From assembly GCF_009914755.1 (NCBI RefSeq), contig NC_060933.1: a DNA stretch of 64,000 nt; one strand, 5' to 3'. The notes under the pieces are model-generated. The model was not told where the DNA came from and searched no databases. It worked only from the letters and a program-made list of their open reading frames with translations. The position numbers were made by a program, and so were the translations under genes. Origin of the DNA: the human T2T-CHM13v2.0 reference genome, Homo sapiens. Below, piece by piece: positions 54,201 through 64,000 of this stretch (position 1 is the first letter of the stretch; every line of letters begins with the position of its first letter).

Positions 54201-54622
54201 AGAATCTGGAAGTAGATATTTGGATACCTTTGAGGATTTCTTTGGAAACGGGATATCTTCATATAAAATCTAGACAGAAGCATTCTCAGAAACTTCTTTG
54301 TGTTGTATGTCCTCAATTAACAGAGTTGAACCTTTGTGTGGATACAGCATTTTGGAAACATTCCTTTAGTAGAATCTGCAAGTTGATATTTAGATAGCTA
54401 GGAAGATTTCCTTGGAAACGGGAATATCTTCATATAAAATCTAGACGGAAGCATTCTCAGAAAGTGCTTTGTGATGTTTGCATTCAAGTCACAGAGTTGA
54501 ATATTCCCTTTTATAGAGCAGGTTTGAAACACTCTTTCTGCACTACCTGGAAGTGGACATTTGGAGCGCTTTGAGGCCTATGTTGAAAAAGGAAATATCT
54601 TCCCATAAAAACTAGACAGAAG
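45263..54622 (+). repeat. Canonical 11-mer HOR, 5 copies
   Basis: Starts at 45263, 47135, 49007, 50879, 52751. Confidence 0.96.
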
Positions 54623-55812
54623 CATTCTCAGAAACTTGTTTGTGATGTGTGTATTCAACTAACAGAGATGAACCTTTCTTTTTACAGAGCAGTTTTGAAA
54701 CACTCTTTTTGTGGAATCTGAAAGTGGATATTTGGATAGCTTTGAGGATTTCGTTGGAAACGGGATTACATATAAGATCTAGAGAGAAGCATTCCAGGAA
54801 CTTCTTTGTGATGTTTGCATTCAAGTCACAGAACTGAACATTCCCTTTCATAGAGCATGTTTGAAACACTCTTTCTGTAGTATCTGCAAACGGACATTTC
54901 AAGCGCTTTCAGGCCTATGGTAAGAAAGGAAATATCTTCAAATAAAAACTAGACAGAAGCATTCTCAGAAACTTATTTGCGATGTGTGTCCTCAACTAAC
55001 AGAGTTGAACCTTTGTTTTGATACAACATTTTGGAAACACTCTTTTTGTAGAATCTGCAAGTGGATATTTGGATAGCTTTGAAGGTTTCGTTGGAAACGG
55101 GAATATCTTCATATAAAATCAAGACAGAAGCATTCTCAGAAACTTCTCTGTGATGTTTGCATTCAACTCATAGAGTTGAACACTTCCCTTCATAGAGCAG
55201 GTTTGAAACACTCTTTTTGTAATATTTGGAAGTGGACATTTGCAGCTCTTTGAGGCCTATGTTGAAAAAGGAAATATCTTCTCCTAAAAACCAGACAGAA
55301 GCATTCTCAGAAACTTCCTTGTGATGTGTGTACTCAAGTAACAGAGTTGAACCTTACTTTTGACAGAGCCGTTTTGAAACAGTCTTTTTGTAGGATCTGG
55401 AAGTAGATATTTGGATACCTTTGAGGATTTGTTTGGAAACGGGATATCTTCATATAAAATCTAGACAGAAGCATTCTCAGAAACTTCTTTGTGCTGTATG
55501 TCCTCAATTAACAGAGTTGAACCTTTGTGTGGATACAGCATTTTGGAAACATACCTTTAGTAGAATCTGCAAGTTGATATTTAGATAGCTAGGAAGATTT
55601 CCTTCAAACGGGAATATCTTCATATAAAATCTAGACGGAAGCATTCTCAGAAAGTGCTTTGTGATGTTTGCATTCAAGTCACAGAGTTGAATATTCCCTT
55701 TTATAGAGCAGGTTTGAAACACTCTTTCTGCACTACCTGGAAGTGGACATTTGGAGCGCTTTGAGGCCTATGTTGAAAAAGGAAATATCTTCCCATAAAA
55801 ACTAGACAGAAG
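54623..55812 (+). repeat. Stand-alone 7-mer abcdefg, 1190 bp (no preceding 4-mer; two 1-bp losses)
   Basis: Directly follows the 7-mer at 53431-54622. CATTCCAGG at ~54790 replaces CATTCTCAGG, and CCTTCAAACG at 55601 replaces CCTTGGAAACG. Confidence 0.9.
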
Positions 55813-58800
55813 CATTCTCAGAAACTTGTTTGTGATGTGTGTATTCAACTAACAGAGATGAACCTTTCATTTTACAGAGCAGTTTTGAAACACTCTTTTT
55901 GTGGAATCTGAAAGTGGATATTTGGATAGCTTTGAGGATTTCGTTGGAAACGGGATTACATATAAAATCTAGAGGGAAGCATTCTCAGGAACTTCTTTGT
56001 GATGTTTGCATTCAAGTCACAGAACTGAACATTCCCTTTCATAGAGCAGGTTTGAAACACTCTTTCTGTAGTATCTGCAAGCGGACGTTTCAAGCGCTTT
56101 CAGGCCTATGGTGAAAAAGGAAATATCTTCAAGTAAAAACTAGACAGAAGCATTCTCAGAAACTTATTTGCCATGTGTGTTCTCAACTAACAGAGTTGAA
56201 CCTTTGTTTTGATACGGCATTTTGGAAACACTCTTTTTGTAGAATCTGCAGGTGGATATTCGGATAGCTTTGAAGGTTTCGTTGGAAACGGGAATAACTT
56301 CATATAAAATCTAGACGGAAGCATTCTCAGAAACTGCTTTGTGATGTTTTCATTCAAGTCACAGAGTAGAATGTTCCCTTTTATATACCAGGTTTGAGAC
56401 ACTCTTTCTGCACTATCTGGAAGTGGACATTTGGAGCGCTTTGAGGCCTATGATGAAAAAGGAAATATCTTCCCATAAAAACAAGACAGAAGCATTCTCA
56501 GAAACTTGTTTGTGATGTGTGTATTCAACTAACAGAGATGAACCTTTCTTTTTACAGAGCAGTTTTGAAACACTCTTTTTGTGGAATCTGAAAGTGGATA
56601 TTTGGATAGCTTTGAGGATTTCGTTGGAAACGGGATTACATATAAGATCTAGAGAGAAGCATTCTCAGGAACTTCTTTGTGATGTTTGCATTCAAGTCAC
56701 AGAACTGAACATTCCCTTTCATAGAGCATGTTTGAAACACTCTTTCTGTAGTATCTGCAAACGGACATTTCAAGCGCTTTCAGGCCTATGGTAAGAAAGG
56801 AAATATCTTCAAATAAAAACTAGACAGAAGCATTCTCAGAAACTAATTTGCGATGTGTGTCCTCAACTAACAGAGTTGAACCTTTGTTTTGATACAACAT
56901 TTTGGAAACACTCTTTGTGTAGAATCTGCAAGTGGATATTTGGATAGCTTTGAAGGTTTCGTTGGAAACGGGAATATCTTCATATAAAATCAAGACAGAA
57001 GCATTCTCAGAAACTTCTCTGTGATGTTTGCATTCAACTCATAGAGTTGAACACTTCCCTTCATAGAGCAGGTTTGAAACACTCTTTTTGTAATATTTGG
57101 AAGTGGACATTTGCAGCGCTTTGAGGCCTATGTTGAAAAAGGAAATATCTTCTCCTAAAAACCAGACAGAAGCATTCTCAGAAACTTCCTTGTGATGTGT
57201 GTACTCAAGTAACAGAGTTGAACCTTACTTTTGACAGAGCCGTTTTGAAACAGTCTTTTTGTAGAATCTGGAAGTAGATATTTGGATACCTTTGAGGATT
57301 TCTTTGGAAACGGGATATCTTCATATAAAATCTAGACAGAAGCATTCTCAGAAACTTCTTTGTGCTGTATGTCCTCAATTAACAGAGTTGAACCTTTGTG
57401 TGGATACAGCATTTTGGAAACACTCCTTTAGTAGAATCTGCAAGTTGATATTTAGATAGCTAGGAAGATTTCCTTGGAAACGGGAATATCTTCATATAAA
57501 ATCTAGACGGAAGCATTCTCAGAAAGTGCTTTGTGATGTTTGCATTCAAGTCACAGAGTTGAATATTCCCTTTTATAGAGCAGGTTTGAAACACTCTTTC
57601 TGCACTACCTGGAAGTGGACATTTGGAGCGCTTTGAGGCCTATGTTGAAAAAGGAAATATCTTCCCATAAAAACTAGACAGAAGCATTCTCAGAAACTTG
57701 TTTGTGATGTGTGTATTCAACTAACAGAGATGAAACTTTCTTTTTACAGAGCAGTTTTGAAACACTCTTTTTGTGGAATCTGAAAGTGGATATTTGGATA
57801 GCTTTGAGGATTTCGTTGGAAACGGGATTACATATAAAATCCAGAGAGAAGCATTCTCAGGAACTACTTTGTGATGTTTGCATTCAAGTCACAGAACTGA
57901 ACATTCCCTTTCATAGAGCAGGTTTGAAACACTCTTTCTGTAGTATCTGCAAGCGGACGTTTCAAGCGCTTTCAGGCCTATGGTGAGAAAGGAAATATCT
58001 TCAAGTAAAAACTAGACAGAAGCATTCTCAGAAACTTATTTGCCATGTGTGTTCTCAACTAACAGAGTTGAACCTTTGTTTTGATACGGCATTTTGGAAA
58101 CACTCTTTTTGTAGAATCTGCAGGTGGATATTCGGATAGCTTTGAAGGTTTCGTTGGAAACGGGAATAACTTCATATAAAATCTAGACGGAAGCATTCTC
58201 AGAAACTGCTTTGTGATGTTTTCATTCAAGTCACAGAGTAGAATGTTCCCTTTTATATACCAGGTTTGAGACACTCTTTCTGCACTAACTGGAAGTGGAC
58301 ATTTGGAGCGCTTTGAGGCCTATGATGAAAAAGGAAATATCTTCCCATAAAAACAAGACAGAAGCATTCTCAGAAACTTGTTTGTGATGTGTGTATTCAA
58401 CTAACAGAGATGAACCTTTCTTTTTACAGAGCAGTTTTGAAACACTCTTTTTGTGGAATCTGAAAGTGGATATTTGGATAGCTTTGAGGATTTCGTTGGA
58501 AACGGGATTACATATAAGATCTAGAGAGAAGCATTCTCAGGAACTTCTTTGTGATGTTTGCATTCAAGTCACAGAACTGAACATTCCCTTTCATAGAGCA
58601 TGTTTGAAACACTCTTTCTGTAGTATCTGCAAACGGACATTTCAAGCGCTTTCAGGCCTATGGTAAGAAAGGAAATATCTTCAAATAAAAACTAGACAGA
58701 AGCATTCTCAGAAACTTATTTGCGATGTGTGTCCTCAACTAACAGAGTTGAACCTTTGTTTTGATACAACATTTTGGAAACACTCTTTGTGTAGAATCTG

Positions 58801-61800
58801 CAAGTGGATATTTGGATAGCTTTGAAGGTTTCGTTGGAAACGGGAATATCTTCATATAAAATCAAGACAGAAGCATTCTCAGAAACTTCTCTGTGATGTT
58901 TGCATTCAACTCATAGAGTTGAACACTTCCCTTCATAGAGCAGGTTTGAAACACTCTTTTTGTAATATTTGGAAGTGGACATTTGCAGCGCTTTGAGGCC
59001 TATGTTGAAAAAGGAAATATCTTCTCCTAAAAACCAGACAGAAGCATTCTCAGAAACTTCCTTGTGATGTGTGTACTCAAGTAACAGAGTTGAACCTTCC
59101 TTTTGACAGAGCCGTTTTGAAACAGTCTTTTTGTAGAATCTGGAAGTAGATATTTGGATACCTTTGAGGATTTCTTTGGAAACGGGATATCTTCATATAA
59201 AATCTAGACAGAAGCATTCTCAGAAACTTCTTTCTGCTGTATGTCCTCAATTAACAGAGTTGAACCTTTGTGTGGATACAGCATTTTGGAAACATACCTT
59301 TAGTAGAATCTGCAAGTTGATATTTAGATAGCTAGGAAGATTTCCTTGGAAACGGGAATATCTTCATATAAAATCTAGACGGAAGCATTCTCAGAAAGTG
59401 CTTTGTGATGTTTGCATTCAAGTCACAGAGTTGAATATTCCCTTTTATAGAGCAGGTTTGAAACACTCTTTCTGCACTACCTGGAAGTGGACATTTGGAG
59501 CGCTTTGAAGCCTATGTTGAAAAAGGAAATATCTTCCCATAAAAACTAGACAGAAGCATTCTCAGAAACTTGTTTGTGATGTGTGTATTCAACTAACAGA
59601 GATGAACCTTTCTTTTTACAGAGCAGTTTTGAAACACTCTTTTTGTGGAATCTGAAAGTGGATATTTGGATAGCTTTGAGGATTTCGTTGGAAACGGGAT
59701 TACATATAAAATCCACAGAGAAGCATTCTCAGGAACTTCTTTGTGATGTTTGCATTCAAGTCACAGAACTGAACATTCCCTTTCATAGAGCAGGTTTGAA
59801 ACACTCTTTCTGTAGTATCTGCAAGCGGACGTTTCAAGCGCTTTCAGGCCTATGGTGAGAAAGGAAATATCTTCAAGTAAAAACTAGACAGAAGCATTCT
59901 CAGAAACTTATTTGCCATGTGTGTTCTCAACTAACAGAGTTGAACCTTTGTTTTGATACGGCATTTTGGAAACACTCTTTTTGTAGAATCTGCAGGTGGA
60001 TATTCGGATAGCTTTGAAGGTTTCGTTGGAAACGGGAATAACTTCATATAAAATCTAGACGGAAGCATTCTCAGAAACTGCTTTGTGATGTTTTCATTCA
60101 AGTCACAGAGTAGAATGTTCCCTTTTATATACCAGGTTTGAGACACTCTTTCTGCACTATCTGGAAGTGGACATTTGGAGCGCTTTGAGGCCTATGATGA
60201 AAAAGGAAATATCTTCCCATAAAAACAAGACAGAAGCATTCTCAGAAACTTGTTTGTGATGTGTGTATTCAACTAACAGAGATGAACCTTTCTTTTTACA
60301 GAGCAGTTTTGAAACACTCTTTTTGTGGGATCTGAAAGTGGATATTTGGATAGCTTTGAGGATTTCGTTGGAAACGGGATTACATTTAAGATCTAGAGAG
60401 AAGCATTCTCAGGAACTTCTTTGTGATGTTTGCATTCAAGTCACAGAACTGAACATTCCCTTTCATAGAGCATGTTTGAAACACTCTTTCTGTAGTATCT
60501 GCAAACGGACATTTCAAGCGCTTTCAGGCCTATGGTAAGAAAGGAAATATCTTCAAATAAAAACTAGACAGAAGCATTCTCAGAAACTTATTTGCGATGT
60601 GTGTCCTCAACTAACAGAGTTGAACCTTTGTTTTGATACAACATTTTGGAAACACTCTTTGTGTAGAATCTGCAAGTGGATATTTGGATAGCTTTGAAGG
60701 TTTCGTTGGAAACAGGAATATCTTCATATAAAATCAAGACAGAAGCATTCTCAGAAACTTCTCTGTGATGTTTGCATTCAACTCATAGAGTTGAACACTT
60801 CCCTTCATAGAGCAGGTTTGAAACACTCTTTTTGTAATATTTGGAAGTGGACATTTGCAGCGCTTTGAGGCCTATGTTGAAAAAGGAAATATCTTCTCCT
60901 AAAAACCAGACAGAAGCATTCTCAGAAACTTCCTTGTGATGTGTGTACTCAAGTAACAGAGTTGAACCTTACTTTTGACAGAGCCGTTTTGAAACAGTCT
61001 TTTTGTAGAATCTGGAAGTAGATATTTGGATACCTTTGAGGATTTCTTTGGAAACGGGATATCTTCATATAAAATCTAGACAGAAGCATTCTCAGAAACT
61101 TCTTTCTGCTGTATGTCCTCAATTAACAGAGTTGAACCTTTGTGTGGATACAGCATTTTGGAAACATACCTTTAGTAGAATCTGCAAGTTGATATTTAGA
61201 TAGCTAGGAAGATTTCCTTGGAAACGGGAATATCTTCATATAAAATCTAGACGGAAGCATTCTCAGAAAGTGCTTTGTGATGTTTGCATTCAAGTCACAG
61301 AGTTGAATATTCCCTTTTATAGAGCAGGTTTGAAACACTCTTTCTGCACTACCTGGAAGTGGACATTTGGAGCGCTTTGAGGCCTATGTTGAAAAAGGAA
61401 ATATCTTCCCATAAAAACTAGACAGAAGCATTCTCAGAAACTTGTTTGTGATGTGTGTATTCAACTAACAGAGATGAACCTTTCTTTTTACAGAGCAGTT
61501 TTGAAACACTCTTTTTGTGGAATCTGAAAGTGGATATTTGGATAGCTTTGAGGATTTCGTTGGAAACGGGATTACATATAAAATCTAGAGAGAAGCATTC
61601 TCAGGAACTTCTTTGTGATGTTTGCATTCAAGTCACAGAACTGAACATTCCCTTTCATAGAGCAGGTTTGAAATACTCTTTCTGTAGTATCTGCAAGCGG
61701 ACGTTTCAAGCGCTTTCAGGCCTATGGTGAGAAAGGAAATATCTTCAAGTAAAAACTAGACAGAAGCATTCTCAGAAACTTATTTGCCATGTGTGTTCTC

Positions 61801-64000
61801 AACTAACAGAGTTGAACCTTTGTTTTGATACGGCATTTTGGAAACACTCTTTTTGTAGAATCTGCAGGTGGATATTCGGATAGCTTTGAAGGTTTCGTTG
61901 GAAACGGGAATAACTTCATATAAAATCTAGACGGAAGCATTCTCAGAAACTGCTTTGTGATGTTTTCATTCAAGTCACAGAGTAGAATGTTCCCTTTTAT
62001 ATACCAGGTTTGAGACACTCTTTCTGCACTATCTGGAAGTGGACATTTGGAGCGCTTTGAGGCCTATGATGAAAAAGGAAATATCTTCCCATAAAAACAA
62101 GACAGAAGCATTCTCAGAAACTTGTTTGTGATGTGTGTATTCAACTAACAGAGATGAACCTTTCTTTTTACAGAGCAGTTTTGAAACACTCTTTTTGTGG
62201 AATCTGAAAGTGGATATTTGGATAGCTTTGAGGATTTCGTTGGAAACGGGATTACATTTAAGATCTAGAGAGAAGCATTCTCAGGAACTTCTTTGTGATG
62301 TTTGCATTCAAGTCACAGAACTGAACATTCCCTTTCATAGAGCATGTTTGAAACACTCTTTCTGTAGTATCTGCAAACGGACATTTCAAGCGCTTTCAGG
62401 CCTATGGTAAGAAAGGAAATATCTTCAAATAAAAACTAGACAGAAGCATTCTCAGAAACTTATTTGCGATGTGTGTCCTCAACTAACAGAGTTGAACCTT
62501 TGTTTTGATACAACATTTTGGAAACACTCTTTGTGTAGAATCTGCAAGTGGATATTTGGATAGCTTTGAAGGTTTCGTTGGAAACGGGAATATCTTCATA
62601 TAAAATCAAGACAGAAGCATTCTCAGAAACTTCTCTGTGATGTTTGCATTCAACTCATAGAGTTGAACACTTCCCTTCATAGAGCAGGTTTGAAACACTC
62701 TTTTTGTAATATTTGGAAGTGGACATTTGCAGCGCTTTGAGGCCTATGTTGAAAAAGGAAATATCTTCTCCTAAAAACCAGACAGAAGCATTCTCAGAAA
62801 CTTCCTTGTGATGTGTGTACTCAAGTAACAGAGTTGAACCTTACTTTTGACAGAGCCGTTTTGAAACAGTCTTTTTGTAGAATCTGGAAGTAGATATTTG
62901 GATACCTTTGAGGATTTCTTTGGAAACGGGATATCTTCATATAAAATCTAGACAGAAGCATTCTCAGAAACTTCTTTCTGCTGTATGTCCTCAATTAACA
63001 GAGTTGAACCTTTGTGTGGATACAGCATTTTGGAAACACTCCTTTAGTAGAATCTGCAAGTTGATATTTAGATAGCTAGGAAGATTTCCTTGGAAACGGG
63101 AATATCTTCATATAAAATCTAGACGGAAGCATTCTCAGAAAGTGCTTTGTGATGTTTGCATTCAAGTCACAGAGTTGAATATTCCCTTTTATAGAGCAGG
63201 TTTGAAACACTCTTTCTGCACTACCTGGAAGTGGACATTTGGAGCGCTTTGAGGCCTATGTTGAAAAAGGAAATATCTTCCCATAAAAACTAGACAGAAG
63301 CATTCTCAGAAACTTGTTTGTGATGTGTGTATTCAACTAACAGAGATGAAACTTTCTTTTTACAGAGCAGTTTTGAAACACTCTTTTTGTGGAATCTGAA
63401 AGTGGATATTTGGATAGCTTTGAGGATTTCGTTGGAAACGGGATTACATATAAAATCCAGAGAGAAGCATTCTCAGGAACTACTTTGTGATGTTTGCATT
63501 CAAGTCACAGAACTGAACATTCCCTTTCATAGAGCAGGTTTGAAACACTCTTTCTGTAGTATCTGCAAGCGGACGTTTCAAGCGCTTTCAGGCCTATGGT
63601 GAGAAAGGATATATCTTCAAGTAAAAACTAGACAGAAGCATTCTCAGAAACTTATTTGCCATGTGTGTTCTCAACTAACAGAGTTGAACCTTTGTTTTGA
63701 TACGGCATTTTGGAAACACTCTTTTTGTAGAATCTGCAGGTGGATATTCGGATAGCTTTGAAGGTTTCGTTGGAAACGGGAATAACTTCATATAAAATCT
63801 AGACGGAAGCATTCTCAGAAACTGCTTTGTGATGTTTTCATTCAAGTCACAGAGTAGAATGTTCCCTTTTATATACCAGGTTTGAGACACTCTTTCTGCA
63901 CTATCTGGAAGTGGACATTTGGAGCGCTTTGAGGCCTATGATGAAAAAGGAAATATCTTCCCATAAAAACAAGACAGAAGCATTCTCAGAAACTTGTTTG
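55813..64000 (+). repeat. Canonical 11-mer HOR, 4 full copies plus a partial copy
   Basis: Starts at 55813, 57685, 59557, 61429, 63301. Confidence 0.96.

Larger units (their letters stand above)
1..64000 (+). repeat. Centromeric alpha-satellite (ALR/Alpha) higher-order repeat array, uninterrupted, one orientation
   Basis: Head-to-tail 167-171 bp monomers throughout, with hallmark motifs (GAAGCATTCTCAGAAAC, TTTGAAACACTCTTT, CENP-B box TTTCGTTGGAAACGGGA, pJalpha-type CTATGTTGAAAAAGGAA). HOR copies differ by only scattered SNVs. The ORF track recurs at 680/1192/1872-bp spacing. Confidence 0.99.
1..64000 (+). other. Tentative identity: human suprachromosomal family 2 live HOR array, best guess chr9 D9Z4 (S2C9H1L); alternative chr8 D8Z2
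   Basis: Mostly alternating CENP-B-box and pJalpha-type monomers, with 4-, 7- and 11-mer units. The 4-mer is a near copy of part of the 7-mer. It does not resemble the chr13/21 11-mer as I recall it. Based on recalled HOR structures only; no alignment was run. Confidence 0.6.

Noticed and set aside
526-63602. Recurrent 91-aa plus-strand ORF (MYSTNRDEPF...)
   Set aside because: It is the translation of monomers a-b, starts at a GTG, and recurs with the repeat period. Stops and frameshifts occur freely (e.g. near 15517, 19903, 30596, 54794). No sign of coding function.
194-63890. Recurrent 66-113-aa minus-strand ORFs (MSQTWYIKGN... and others)
   Set aside because: Chance open frames in satellite DNA. 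They were used only as positional and haplotype markers.
1-64000. CRISPR-like repeat-spacer array
   Set aside because: Sequences between the conserved motifs are themselves homologous repeats rather than unique spacers, and no cas genes are present.
1-64000. L1/Alu insertion, inversion or non-satellite island
   Set aside because: All spacings between anchor monomers are explained by whole-monomer sums within 1-2 bp, and orientation never changes.

Overview
The whole 64 kb window is one uninterrupted, single-orientation array of ~171-bp alpha-satellite monomers (primate, almost certainly human, centromeric DNA). It contains no genes, RNA genes, transposon insertions or inversions, and every listed ORF is a by-product of the repeat. 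The basic unit is a 1872-bp 11-monomer higher-order repeat (HOR): a 680-bp 4-mer (here a'b'c'g') plus a 1192-bp 7-mer (abcdefg; 167/171/171/171/170/171/171 bp). Monomer letters are my own labels, counted from the CATTCTCAG motif. From memory, this 4+7=11 SF2-like organisation fits chromosome 9 D9Z4 best, with chromosome 8 D8Z2 as the alternative; I cannot verify this. The notable structure is in the HOR variants: (1) 18540-32838 holds a locally amplified 2383-bp 14-mer built from hybrid monomers and depleted of intact CENP-B boxes, with a possible 7-mer intermediate at its left edge; (2) a 3064-bp 18-monomer tandem duplication at ~41.4-47.6 kb; (3) a lone 1190-bp 7-mer at 54.6-55.8 kb that opens a new haplotype block; (4) periodicities of 2-5 HORs visible in shared SNVs. 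I found no evidence of a new protein-coding or RNA system; any novelty lies in the satellite architecture and needs comparison with T2T/HPRC annotations.
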